This document shows, one piece after another, positions 43,996-55,282 of a DNA stretch of 64,000 nt. The stretch is from contig CM000432.1 in the NCBI GenBank assembly GCA_000165345.1, positions 32,001 to 96,000 of the forward strand, given 5' to 3'. Below the pieces are notes generated by a model. That model was not told the origin of the DNA. It saw nothing but the letters and a program-made list of their open reading frames with translations, and ran no database searches. Both the position numbers and the translations under genes were made by a program. Position 1 is the first letter of the stretch; the number at the start of each line of letters is the position of its first letter.

Positions 43996-46197
43996 ATGAA
44001 CAGGTAAGTATTAAATATCTTTCTTATCCAATAAATACATTACACATTATTTATATATTATAAATAACACTAATAATACCCATAATTAGTTGTGTGTTAG
44101 TGTATTATTGCTTATTTGTGAATCTTTCTAACCAACCATTATAGGGTTTTTCAATCATTACGTAGAAGAGTTTCAAGCTCAGAAGCTAGTAATACTCAAA
44201 ATTCCACTGATTGTAGTACTGACAATTGTAATAATTCTCAAGGTACAAAGAATAAGTCAGATTCGAAAAATACAAAAAATATCAGTAAATCATCAAATTC
44301 TTGTAATACTTCCTCAAAGCCAAGCAGTGATTCAAATAGTGTAAATGATGATCCAAGCTTATCCAAAAATAATGAAATTCAAAGTACAATATCTTCTGGT
44401 ACTGATCCTCCTTCAAACAATGATAACTCTTCGTCAAATTTAAATACATTTCTAAATGTTGATTTAAGTAACAATATAAAACCAAAAGAAATTTTAAATG
44501 ATAAATACAATAATTCATTTCAAAGTATTCAGATTAATAAGTCAGATTCAATTAATGGTGATATCAACATTTCTTTTCCTCCAATAGAATTTATTAAAAA
44601 TGAAAAATTTGCCTTCCTTCAAGCTTATTCTTTAGATTATGAAGATGGAACAAATAGGTCTTCTGATGAAGATTATAATGATAAAAAGGAGTCTAATCAC
44701 GAAATCTCTAACAAAAATAATGATCTAAACAATTATCATTCTCCTGAAGAATCCAATTTTTTAAGCAATACTAATCTTTTATTACCAATTGGAATTGTTG
44801 AAACAAATCATGGAATTTCACTTACTGATGATCCATTCTCTGCACTTGCTCTATTGCAAAATATGAAATCTCCTAATGAAATTCTATTACTTATTAAGAA
44901 AAAACTTATTGCATGTTGTATTACATTCAACTTTACTAACAACACTTATTCAAATCTTAAAGAGAAGAAAAGAGAAACCTTATTAGAGCTTGTTGAATAT
45001 ATTAACAATAATGACCATATTTTTCAAGAAGAAATTATCCCAGATGTACTCTTAATGATCACAAGTAATATATTTAGGCCATTTAATCAATGCCATGCTA
45101 ATCTTAATACAGGAAATTCTTTCTTACAATCTAACAATGCTTCTGGTAATTCAAGCATTCAGTCATCTAATTCTAATAATAATGGCTCATCATTAAACGG
45201 TTCTGTTGGTAATTCATTATCAGATTCAAAAGATGACGAACAACTTTTAGAACCTAGTTGGCCACATTTGCTTGTTATTTATGAGTTCTTTCTTAGATTT
45301 GTTATTAGTCCCCAATTCAGTACAAAAGTTGCAAAAAAATATATTGATAATACTTTCATACTTAAACTTATTGATTTATTTCAAAGTTTTGATCCTAGAG
45401 AAAGGGATTATCTTAAAACTATTCTACATCGAATCTATGGTAAAATTATGCCAAGAAGAAGTTGTATTAGAAAAGCTATGAAACATATCTTTTTGAGAGT
45501 TATTATTGACGGCGAACCTTATAATGGGATTGCTGAATTACTTGAAATTTTTGTCTCAATTGTCAATGGCTTTACAATTCCTCTTAAAGAAGAACATAAA
45601 ATATTTCTTGAAACTGCACTAATACCCTTACATAAAGCAAAATATATTTCTTCTTTCCACCAACAATTGATATATTGCTTAATACAATACATTGAAAAAG
45701 ATACAAAATTGTCTGTACCAATTATTGAAGGTGTTCTAAAGTATTGGCCAATTACTAACTCATCCAAACAAATTTTATTTTTAAATGAACTTGAAGAACT
45801 TTTTGAAATTACTCCTACAAATTACATTGAACCAATTCTAATTCCAATTTTTGAAAGACTTGCAAGTTGTATTCAAAGTCCACATTTTCATGTTGCTGAA
45901 AGAGTTTTATATCTTTGGAACAATGATATAATTGTTAATCTTATTAATGAATATAAATATGAAATATATCCTGTATTGATTAAGGCACTATCATGCAATG
46001 GAAAAAAACTACATTGGAATCCCACTGTACATGGGTTATCTTTTGTTGTTAATAAAGTTTTATCAGATACTGATCCTGAATTATTTTCACAAATTATTGA
46101 GCAATATAATGACGATAGTGCTAATATTGAAATTCAAAAAAAAGAAAGAGAAGAATACTGGAAGTATATTATTGAGCTTGCAGAAAGTATGGATTAA
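43996..46197 (+). CDS. PP2A regulatory subunit B56 (B'). Main exon 44166..46197, with a proposed 8-nt 5' exon at 43996..44003 (ATGAACAG)
   Basis: The core (ETLLELVEYI, WPHLLVIYEFFLRF, RERDYLKTILHRIYGK, HKIFLETALIPLHKAK, KYWPITNS, SPHFHVAERVLYLWNN) is collinear with human B56. The frame stays open for about 240 codons upstream of the core as an S/N-rich extension. This extension has no in-frame ATG before codon 44863, so a spliced 5' exon is needed. ATGAACAG followed by GTAAGT at 44004 is the only upstream candidate. The first frame-compatible AG is at 44164..44165. The placement of this 5' exon and intron is low-confidence. Confidence 0.75.
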
Positions 46198-46450
46198 ACT
46201 AAGAAATTATTACTTTAAAAATAGCTACTAGTGAAATTATTTTACTAATTTTGAATATGTATAGAATATTCGCTTTTTGAGTAATTTTAAAACTAAAATC
46301 AGTTTTTTTTTGTAAACTGGAAGAAAAAAAATCCAATTATTTTAATTCATTATCTCTGAGATTTCACTATTAATAAATTCCAATGCATTACTTCCACCAG
46401 ATAACCAGTTACTTCCATAAATACCATGGAAACCTAAAGAAATTATTAAA

Positions 46451-47895
46451 TTATATAAAATGAGTTATTTTTTGTTGATTAAGAAAATTAATAAACTCAC
46501 CAGTAAATATTTTCAATTTGACATTTACTTTTAATTTTAATAAAATTTCATACATTAACCTTCCCTCATCATAAAGTATATCACTTTTCATTAACACAAT
46601 ACTTGTTTTTGGGAATTTCCTGAGAATATTTGCAGGAGCTAATAAAGGTTGTGATCTCCAATCAAAATAGTTTTCTATATACTTAGATTGATATTGTTTT
46701 TCAAACCATAATAATGAATTCAAATTTAAAAATCCAAATCTAAAGTTTTTTAATTTAGAATTTGTGATACACTTTTGGCATAGTGCAGGATATATTAATC
46801 CCAAGAATTTAACATGATCAACCCATTTACAATAATTATGATATTTTTTTGTTAAACTATTGTTACGTCTCTTATTTTGATCTTTAATACTCAAACAGGA
46901 TGCAATTGAAGATGTTGCTAAATTACCTCCAGCTGAATCTCCTAAAATAACAAGCTTATTTGGATCTAATCCAAATTTTTCTGCATTACAATGTATCCAT
47001 GAAATAGATGCAATAACATCTTCCAATGGTATTGGATACCTCCATTTTGGTGACTTTCTATATTCAATATAAGCAATAACACTTGGTTTATTTAATTTTC
47101 CTAATTCAATTGCATGCCTTTGTAATGTTCTTTCATATGTATCAAAATCGCCAAATACAAATCCTCCACCATGAACAAATATTACAATTCCTGGAGATTC
47201 TGTTTTGCTATCTATATTATGAGTAGAAATATTATCATTTTCATAAATAATCTTGACTTTTGACTCATTAAAATATAAGTCTGAACAGAATTTTTTTGTA
47301 GAGCATTTTATTGGTCTAGTAAGATTTTGTTTTAATTTATAATTCCTCTCTAATAATTCTTTACTAACTATAAAGTTGACAACAAGATCATCCTTATTTA
47401 TTTGTCTATCCATATCCATTGAAATACCATCAGTTAGTTCGCCAAATTCATCAAATTCAATCCAGTGCCTATTTCCCATAATATTTTCAATCTCTAAAGA
47501 TTCATATTCATCTAAAACGTTCCATTCTTTATTTTCACCATGACCAATATTGTGTTCAACAATAATACCCAAATCATTTTTACTTGAAAAACCAAAGATC
47601 AAATTTTTGTAAATAGAACAATCACCTTTTCTAAACTTTTCTATTTCTTCATAATTATCGAGTGAAACTACATTTCTAAATAATGTATATATATAAATCG
47701 CTCTTCCAACAATATTCTCTGTTAATGTTAGATTATCTTCATTGAATAAATTATATATTATTATTCTAAAAAATTATTATAAATATCTCTTCATTACTTG
47801 TTTAGTTACACCAATTCAATGACTTACCCTATTAATAATACTATAATTACAGTATATTTTCTTTTTAAAATTCTTGTTATATTCATTTGACTCAT
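46451..47895 (-). CDS. Alpha/beta-hydrolase fold-3 esterase/lipase (arylacetamide deacetylase-like). Two exons on the minus strand: exon 1 is 47828..47895 and exon 2 is 46451..47765
   Basis: HGGG oxyanion motif (IFVHGGGFVFGD) and GDSAGG nucleophile elbow. Exon 1 encodes a signal anchor (MSQMNITRILKRKYTVIIVLLIG). On the minus strand it ends at GTAAGT (47827..47822). A 62-nt intron ends at TTTTTTAG (47767..47766), in frame with the long ORF. AADAC-family enzymes are type-II membrane proteins, which fits. Confidence 0.7.
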
Positions 47896-48207
47896 TTTCC
47901 TAAACTATTAAAATCAACAAAATATTACTAAAAAATTTATAAAAAAAATGTTTTCTATTTATCTTTCATTTCAGTACACAAAAAAAATATTACAGTTTTT
48001 AATTGACACGTGTCATGTGGGGAAGTCTTTTGCATGTATACAATCTAACCGGTATTACGTGTCAAGTGGTCGAAAATTATTAAAAAAAATTAGTATTAAA
48101 AATAAACTTATACAAATTTAAAGTAATTTTTGTACAAATATTAGAGAAATTATGAATCGTTTAAAATAGTTAAATTATAGCGATAAACATTTTCTTCGGT
48201 TAATGGT

Positions 48208-49236
48208 TCAATGATGATAATAACCGTTATAATAATTGATATTATTGCTATTAAATTGATTAATATTGTATTGGGTATGTTGATTAGGAGAAAGATTATA
48301 AGATTTTTGAAATTCTTGATCTATATTATAATTATTGATGTGTCTGTTTATTGATTGCTTATTTATTATATTTTGCTGATTATTTTGTGATCTATTGAAA
48401 TGTTTTGGATATATTTGTGTTGATTGAGTAGTTGAAGTAGGAATTTGCATACTCTGAGGATATATTCCTCCGCTGTAGTAATTTAATATTGGTTTTTTAT
48501 TTTGCCCCAATGATTCATTTTCATATGATATATTTTTTAATTGGCTCTTGCTAGCATATAATAATCTTTTTAGTCTAAAATCCTTACTGGAAACAGATTT
48601 AATATCTTGAACTTGAACTGTTCTTCTCTTAGCTCTTCTAGTAAAATTCCAAGAAAAGCTTGTCAAATCTCTAACAAAAAGTTCGCAAGCAATTGCCAAT
48701 AGTGCAGGAACTTCACTTCCAATCATATGATTTACGGCTCCAGAGCACTTGATTATTTTCTTGATTTTTGTATGAGGAAGACATCGGCTCAAAGTTTTCA
48801 ATTCATCTTTACTAAAAACGGGTATATTTGATTGATTTTCATGTGAAATATATTCTTTTGAAATAATATTAATGTCTTCTCTTGAATATATACTTGAGTT
48901 ACTCACTAAAGAGGATGATGAAATAACGGAATTAGAACTTGATGATGTAGATCTAGATGATGGAGCCATATATGATGCAGAATTTAAGGTAAATGAAGAA
49001 AGTGATGTTTGATTAAGTTGATGTGAGCCAACAAATTCTGAAATTGCAGTATCACTACCAGATTTATATGAATCGTTTATATAATTATCACTCAAATCTA
49101 CCTGGCTTATTGTTTCCATTCCATTATACTGAGGTTCACTTTGAGTAGTTAGCATGCTATCAACATTATAGTCAGCTATTTCCTTATTATTTTGTATTAA
49201 GTAGTCCATTATTCCTTGATTATTTGGAAAGCTCAT
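48208..49236 (-). CDS. Histone-fold protein of the NF-YC/HAP5, Dpb3 or NC2-alpha class, with a long S/N/Q-rich tail
   Basis: LPHTKIKKIIKCSGAVNHMIGSEVPALLAIACELFVRDLTSFSWNFTRRAKRRTVQVQDIKSV parallels NF-YC [43 protein letters not shown]...KRRTLQRNDIAMAI. The first ATG is at 49236..49234; the track's start is TTG. Confidence 0.55.
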   Translation of the reverse strand: MSFPNNQGIMDYLIQNNKEIADYNVDSMLTTQSEPQYNGMETISQVDLSDNYINDSYKSGSDTAISEFVGSHQLNQTSLSSFTLNSASYMAPSSRSTSSSSNSVISSSSLVSNSSIYSREDINIISKEYISHENQSNIPVFSKDELKTLSRCLPHTKIKKIIKCSGAVNHMIGSEVPALLAIACELFVRDLTSFSWNFTRRAKRRTVQVQDIKSVSSKDFRLKRLLYASKSQLKNISYENESLGQNKKPILNYYSGGIYPQSMQIPTSTTQSTQIYPKHFNRSQNNQQNIINKQSINRHINNYNIDQEFQKSYNLSPNQHTQYNINQFNSNNINYYNGYYHH

Positions 49237-49627
49237 AAAAAATAGTGTTGCATATACATAAATCAATGAATTCGAGTTTTGAAACTTTCACAGATATAAT
49301 AATATTACTTTGCACTTGTTCGAATTGATATGTTAGTTAATTTATTTGCAACTTAGCAACTTTTAAAATTTTATCTTTCCAAAATCAGAATTAGATATAA
49401 ATTTTTTGCAAAATACTAAATTATATTTTCAGAAATCAATTTCTATAAATATTTACTCAAAGAAATAGAAATTATCCAACTTTTCCACTACAAAGATCTT
49501 ATAGCTCACTTTTTCACCTAGGCCGACATAAATTTAATAATGATCAGTTTTAGCGCCAATGAAATTTCTTTTTCCATTGAAATTCTTAAATATTAAAGCA
49601 AGCAGTTAAATAGTCAAAAAAGCCCCA

Positions 49628-49637
49628 TGGCGGGAAT
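49628..49637. promoter_or_regulatory. TGGCGGGAAT E2F-type box upstream of the histone-fold gene
   Basis: ccccaTGGCGGGAATtttt. Confidence 0.4.
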
Positions 49638-49698
49638 TTTTAAAATATTAAAATAAGAAAAATGCAAAACAAAAGTTATAGAATGTTCTAAAAAAAAC

Positions 49699-50487
49699 CT
49701 AGCAGCAGGACCTTTTTTTACTTCCTTTAGAGTTAAGATCAATCCTGATTGGGTCAACACGTACTCCTTGAGTACCTAAAGGAAGAGTTGCTTTATTTAA
49801 ATCATGTTGATTTGCTGTGAGTTGTCTTTCACTTCTTAATGTATAAATTTCAGATAGAATACGGTGAAATGCTTCGTCAACATTTGACGAATTTAGGGCA
49901 GAAGCCTCCATGCATGCCATACCTTCTCTTTCTGAAAAAGCACATGCTTCTTCTTGAGTTACTGTTCTAAGATTCCTAAGATCTGATTTATTACCAACAA
50001 GTAAAACAACAATGTTGGGATCAGCATGATCTCTCAGTTCTTTGAGCCATCTTTCAACATTCTCAAAAGATGATCTTTTTGAAATATCATAGACTAGTAG
50101 TGCTCCTACTGCTCCTCTATAGTATGCAGATGTAATTGCTCTATATCTTTCTTGCCCAGCCGTATCCCATATCTGAGCCTTGATGACTTTCCCTTCAGTA
50201 ATTATGCTTTTTGTAGCGAACTCCACTCCAATTGTGGATTTTGACTCTAAATTGAATTCATCTCGGGTAAATCTATTAAGATAACACAAATATTAAAATT
50301 TTTTAATCACTATTTCATTAACTCACCTTGAAAGTAAATTAGATTTCCCTACTCCGGAATCGCCAATTAGAACAACTTTTTTAAAAAAAAAAAGAGTAAT
50401 AAGATATTAGTAGTTTCCAGATAAAATTCTTGATAATAAAAACTTACTTTTGTACAGATAATCATAATGCTCATCTTTTGAACTCAT
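49699..50487 (-). CDS. RAB11: Rab11 small GTPase. Three exons on the minus strand: 50448..50487, 50327..50375 and 49699..50272
   Basis: The ORF holds [29 protein letters not shown] and a C-terminal CC but lacks the P-loop. Upstream on the minus strand, ATGAGTTCAAAAGATGAGCATTATGATTATCTGTACAAAA is followed by GTAAGT, giving a 72-nt intron. Next comes TTGTTCTAATTGGCGATTCCGGAGTAGGGAAATCTAATTTACTTTCAAG followed by GTGAGT, giving a 54-nt intron. The exons splice in frame to [48 protein letters not shown], which matches the Rab11 N-terminus. Confidence 0.8.
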
Positions 50488-50842
50488 TTTTATATATAAA
50501 AATTTTTAATAAATCGCCCTTCGGCCTTGCTAATTTCAATATCAAATATAGAAACTTTCAGAATATCAATTTAAACAAATTTTTTTGCAATTCTATTAAT
50601 TCCCTAGTATTATCTGAACTCTTTATTGAAACTTGAGTTAATAAATTCTTCTTTTATCAAGCCTGCCGAGTCTCGAATGATATAATACCAATCCAAGCGA
50701 GACCTCGACTGGACTAAATAGTGACAAATTCTATAAGAAGCAATTACAAATAAAGAATTCTTCACTTTACTTTTATTCACAACTTAATCCTTTTTCGACT
50801 TTTGTCCTCACAAAAATATTACAAAGCTATGAGGGGAATTAC

Positions 50843-50853
50843 TTTGGGCGCCG
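50843..50853. promoter_or_regulatory. TTTGGGCGCCG box ~360 bp upstream of the Rab11 ATG; a GCATGCA lies at 50878
   Basis: acTTTGGGCGCCGaaaaa. Confidence 0.4.
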
Positions 50854-51058
50854 AAAAAGCTTATGTCTAATTTATAGCATGCAGAATTAGAAACATTTAT
50901 AACTTAAGAAAAAGTAATCGAGGAGAAGATAGAAAGCGAAGTTAAGGAAGTATGTAGCAATATATAATACAATTTATAAATTTGTCGATAATTGGCATAC
51001 TATATGTAATACTATTAGTAATCAATCGGAAAATATTAAAAGAAATAATAAAGTTGAA

Positions 51059-51517
51059 CTATTTCACATTCCTCAAATCAATTTTCTTTGCTATTCTACG
51101 TTTGCAACTTCTTTCATTCCTTGCAAATATTTCACAAAAGTCTGTGTAATTTATCTCAATATTTCTGAGAGATTCTAAATCATTTGAAGCCTCTGAATCT
51201 GACTCTACTTTGGAGTCATGTTCACTGCCTTGTAAATTAGAAGAGCCTGTTTGGATTTCAAGCCAAGAGTTTTGAATTTTTTTAAAATCCTTGTTATTAC
51301 CGTATTTTCCCCAAAACAACATCGAATTTATTTCTTCTTCACACAAATTGAGTCCTAAAGCCTCACTAAGTTTCTCCAATTCACTAAAGGAAATAGTCTT
51401 ATTCTTATCACCTCCTGAAATTAATACCCAAATTTGATCCTTTACTTCTTGTTCTTGCAATGCAAGCTCAACTAAATGGGTTGGAAATTGTATCTCCTTT
51501 TCTTCGTGTTCCTGCAT
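51059..51517 (-). CDS. Hypothetical acidic protein, possibly with a degenerate EF-hand (GGDKNKTISFSELEKL)
   Basis: 152-codon ORF with ATG at 51517..51515. A GGGCGCCAAAA box lies about 140 bp upstream. No confident domain. Confidence 0.4.
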   Translation of the reverse strand: MQEHEEKEIQFPTHLVELALQEQEVKDQIWVLISGGDKNKTISFSELEKLSEALGLNLCEEEINSMLFWGKYGNNKDFKKIQNSWLEIQTGSSNLQGSEHDSKVESDSEASNDLESLRNIEINYTDFCEIFARNERSCKRRIAKKIDLRNVK

Positions 51518-51656
51518 ATTCTTCTGAATTAAGAAGCCTATCTCATAAGTTAGTTAATATAAACCATTCAAATCACTTTTTCTAAATAATTAACTTTAAC
51601 AATAATAATTAAGCATAATAAATGACTTGTCCTTTGAAAATAATTCTTCTAAAAAA

Positions 51657-51668
51657 TGGGCGCCAAAA
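51657..51668. promoter_or_regulatory. TGGGCGCCAAAA box ~140 bp upstream of the 51517 ATG
   Basis: aaaaaaTGGGCGCCAAAAtgttgtggcg. Confidence 0.4.
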
Positions 51669-51691
51669 TGTTGTGGCGATGGATTTTAATG

Positions 51692-53515
51692 TTAATTATT
51701 GCATATCCAAGAAACAAACTGTTTAACGATTTCTTCTTGAGATGAGGGCTCGAGATTTCGAACAAGTTCTAGGAACTGTAGTCTGTTAGTGAAATTCTCA
51801 TAATAATCGGAAGGAAGTGGGAATTTTGGTAATTCACCACTATTCATTGTAATAATTTCATGTTTCGTATCAAATAATTCTACCATATAAAGCTTTTCTG
51901 GTTTAACCATATTAAAGCTGGATGAAAAACTTATTGGGAATCTCCAGCTTTCTGTTAACAAATTATTTTCGTAAGATAATATATAGGATGTCTTTCTATT
52001 TATACAGTGTATGTTGTATGGTCCAATTGAAATATCATTTGAGTTCCTAAGTAGAGGCGAAAACTGAGAGTGAAGAAAAATACTAACTTTTTCACAATTA
52101 ACTAAAGTTGCAAACATACAATCAACATGTATAAATATTTCCTGGCAATTTTCGATGTGGATGTTTGAAATTAAATCTAAGCAGTAAATATTACATTGAT
52201 TACAGTCTCGGATGAATAAGTATTCAACTGGCCTTGTAAAATATAAGTTTAGATTACTTGAGTTTGAAATTATTATATTTCGTGCTTCTTCAGAATTTAC
52301 TATCTCCTCTCTCTCTGAAATAATTTCAAAAATATCACCTTTTACATCGTTTATGGAATTCGCTAACTCACTCTGGTCAAAATAAATTGAATGGATTATT
52401 TTGTTTGAAAGATAGTATGAAATTCTTTCAGAAGCACCATTTCCATGAGTATTGTTCACCAAATAGTAATCATCTAAAACATTGTGATTGATTATTGTTG
52501 AACCAGAATTAAGTAAAATACATAATTGGATTTCTCCTGAATTATCCGTAACAACATGGTAATTGAATGCATTTATTGTGAATTCTGAAAGTGCTATGCT
52601 ATTTCCTTTCATTTTCTTCTCATCCTGACCATTTTCATCTTTGGAACTAAAATATTTCTCCAATTTTTTTGTATTTAAGTCAAAATTCTTATTTTCATCT
52701 TCATCTTGTTCCATATCATTGCTATAAATAAATACTTTGTCAAAAAACATCTCAAATGGAACTGGTACATTCATTGAGTTATAATCAGAGTTGCTTTTTT
52801 CGTTTGCCAATAATGATAGAATCCTTATCAATGTGGCTGAGTTCCTCTGGAAAAACTTTGCAATTGTTATATAGCTCTCCTTGGAATATAGGCTTGAAGA
52901 CAGTTCAGTGTTACTCGTAGATTGATTTGAAAAAATAAATTGAGTTAAAATGAACAGAGATACCATTTCAAAGCATATACTTAAATTTTCAGCCATTCTG
53001 TATTCTTTAAATTTTCCTCCTTGATGCTTTTCGTAAATCTCAGGGTAGCTTTCCCCATCAATCCACTTATAAATTGGGTCTCTTTTTTCTCTATTTATTT
53101 TATCAATTACTCTCATAGAATGCTCAAATCCTCTCAAAAGCACTGTACTTGATAGATTCATCCAGTAAAAATTCAGACTATCCGAAGTAAAAAGATATAA
53201 TTTTTCTATTTCAGATTGTCCCAATAATTTTTTTTTCAATGTCCAAAAAGCAATACTTAAATTACTTGCTTTTTTTAATAGTGCATTTGAACTATCTAAT
53301 CTAAAAAGGCATTTATTGCCAAGTATATGTTCTTGGCCAAAAATGAAGTCTCTCCATTGAAAGTAACTTAGAAACTTTGACAATCCAATAAACTCCCTCA
53401 GTAAAGATATATAAAGAAATAATATTTCTTCATCCCAAATTTTTGCTTCAGTAAACTCCAACCCCACATATAATTGAGACACTATCTCGAAATTCGGGAG
53501 TAATATAAAGTTCAT
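51692..53515 (-). CDS. TBCC/CARP-domain (beta-helix) protein, tubulin-cofactor-C-like
   Basis: The C-terminal repeated beta-helix signature CNQCNIYCLDLISNIHIENCQEIFIHVDCMFATLVNCEKVSIFLHSQF fits the TBCC/RP2/CAP C-terminal fold. The first ATG (MNFILLP) is at 53515..53513; the track's start is GTG. Confidence 0.5.
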   Translation of the reverse strand: MNFILLPNFEIVSQLYVGLEFTEAKIWDEEILFLYISLLREFIGLSKFLSYFQWRDFIFGQEHILGNKCLFRLDSSNALLKKASNLSIAFWTLKKKLLGQSEIEKLYLFTSDSLNFYWMNLSSTVLLRGFEHSMRVIDKINREKRDPIYKWIDGESYPEIYEKHQGGKFKEYRMAENLSICFEMVSLFILTQFIFSNQSTSNTELSSSLYSKESYITIAKFFQRNSATLIRILSLLANEKSNSDYNSMNVPVPFEMFFDKVFIYSNDMEQDEDENKNFDLNTKKLEKYFSSKDENGQDEKKMKGNSIALSEFTINAFNYHVVTDNSGEIQLCILLNSGSTIINHNVLDDYYLVNNTHGNGASERISYYLSNKIIHSIYFDQSELANSINDVKGDIFEIISEREEIVNSEEARNIIISNSSNLNLYFTRPVEYLFIRDCNQCNIYCLDLISNIHIENCQEIFIHVDCMFATLVNCEKVSIFLHSQFSPLLRNSNDISIGPYNIHCINRKTSYILSYENNLLTESWRFPISFSSSFNMVKPEKLYMVELFDTKHEIITMNSGELPKFPLPSDYYENFTNRLQFLELVRNLEPSSQEEIVKQFVSWICNN

Positions 53516-53917
53516 CGATGCAAGGCTTTCCCACCCTATCACACTTAATGTATTCTAGCTCTAATTTGCAGGATCTCCTGCAAATAATTTATTTGGAATC
53601 TTTTTTCCGCTTAGCTGCTAATAAATTATTATTCCTAAAGTTAATATTTTTTTTTAGCGTTCATAGTTACTATTGACCCTCCTTTAACTAAAATAAGCCC
53701 GCCAACACCCGGTTAATATGTTTGAATAATTTCAGATCGCACCTAAAGGAATATTCATATTTGCTAATAAACGAACAAGAAATAAATTAGAAACAAAATT
53801 CAAGTATAAAAAACTTATGAATAAATTTGGAAACTTTTAATTCATTTCTTTTTTGAATTTCATTTTTCAAACGTAGAAAAAATCTGAAAGTTTAATTAAT
53901 TATATTACTCTTATAAA

Positions 53918-54763
53918 ATGGAGTCTTCACTAACTAGAATTCTAATAGCTTTGGCATTCCCATTTACACAGGAATTCTGGAAAGTTCATGGTGTTAGTTT
54001 CACCTTATCAAGTACCTTCATTGTACTACTCTGGTACTATTTAGTAAACAAACATAATACAGATCAAAATAAAATGAGATGTGTTTTCCAGTATATATCA
54101 TCTGCCATTATATCTTTCATATGTTGGCCTGTTGTAATTGATCTCTGGTTTAAATATTTCCAATTTGAAATGGATATGTTAAAATGGCTTCAATATGATT
54201 CCTATGGATATTATAAATTCATGTTAAATTTATTCTTATCTTCACTTTTATTTGACCTTATTTTTGGAGTCTTGTATTTCAGAAAGCAAATGTTCATTTT
54301 AAATGGTTGGATTCACCATACTGCTTATATCATCTTAACCTTATATATTATGCGTTGGAAGTCTTATAATATATTGCTTGTTGCTCTACCTGAGGAAATT
54401 CCAACTTATTTTATATCTATTTACGTAATTTTTCCACATAACAACAGGAAATTCTCCCAAAAGATGTTCTTTATAACGTTCTTCATTTTCAGAATTTCGT
54501 ATCATATAATAGGCTATTCATTGTTATTCCTTCGTGCTAGTAATAGAGAAGCTACCCAACTTTGGATACCTACATCACTTACTATTTTTGCACATTGTTA
54601 TTGGTATCTTCTCTGGCTTAGAAAGCATTGGAGATCTCTATTCCATTCCGAAGAAATTCCATATTCTAAAGAAAATATAAGCACTGCTAAGAGCAACCCC
54701 GATAAAGAATACAATTGTATTGACTACTTTGATCACTACAGTAATATTGAACGAGAAATTTGA
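53918..54763 (+). CDS. Multi-pass (~6 TM) membrane protein, possibly a TLC/TRAM-LAG1-CLN8-like domain
   Basis: ATG at 53918. Hydrophobic helices run throughout. WIHHTAY (HH) motif. W/Y-rich. Confidence 0.45.
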   Translation: MESSLTRILIALAFPFTQEFWKVHGVSFTLSSTFIVLLWYYLVNKHNTDQNKMRCVFQYISSAIISFICWPVVIDLWFKYFQFEMDMLKWLQYDSYGYYKFMLNLFLSSLLFDLIFGVLYFRKQMFILNGWIHHTAYIILTLYIMRWKSYNILLVALPEEIPTYFISIYVIFPHNNRKFSQKMFFITFFIFRISYHIIGYSLLFLRASNREATQLWIPTSLTIFAHCYWYLLWLRKHWRSLFHSEEIPYSKENISTAKSNPDKEYNCIDYFDHYSNIEREI

Positions 54764-55108
54764 ACAAGTATTTATGTAACTTTTTTATTATCACATTGTT
54801 ATTATTTTTATTGATTTTTTTCAGAATTAACTAAGATTGGTATATTCATGATTATAACATAAAATTGAATTGTTTTATATTGGCTATTTCCCTTATTTAT
54901 AAAATACATATATTACAAATGGATTTTTTTTTCGTTTAGTTTTTCAAATGCATTATTGCTTTTCAATAAGTCATATTAATTAATTATCTTTTTTCATTAA
55001 ATGTTATCCGATTCTCAAACCTAAATCAATAATTAAATATTTCTTCTATTCATATTTATTTATATATTTTTTCTTTTCTTAATATTAAGTTACCAGCCCA
55101 GATTAAAA

Positions 55109-55116
55109 GGCGGGAA
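55109..55116. promoter_or_regulatory. GGCGGGAA box upstream of the TPR-protein gene
   Basis: ttaaaaGGCGGGAActat. Confidence 0.4.
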
Positions 55117-55282
55117 CTATGTGAGTCTCATAAAAATTTGGAATGTTTTTCTAGAGTGAGGTTACCTAACTTAGTGGAAAAAAAAAATTAAAAAAAAGAA
55201 AGGAAATACAAAATAAAAAAATTCAGTTAATAAATGAGCCATTTTTTTCAAAGAAGCAATCTTGTTGAATGAATGGGAGAAT

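Noticed and set aside
44282-44518. Minus-strand 78-aa ORF
   Set aside because: It lies antisense within the open N-terminal extension of the B56 gene and has no features of its own.
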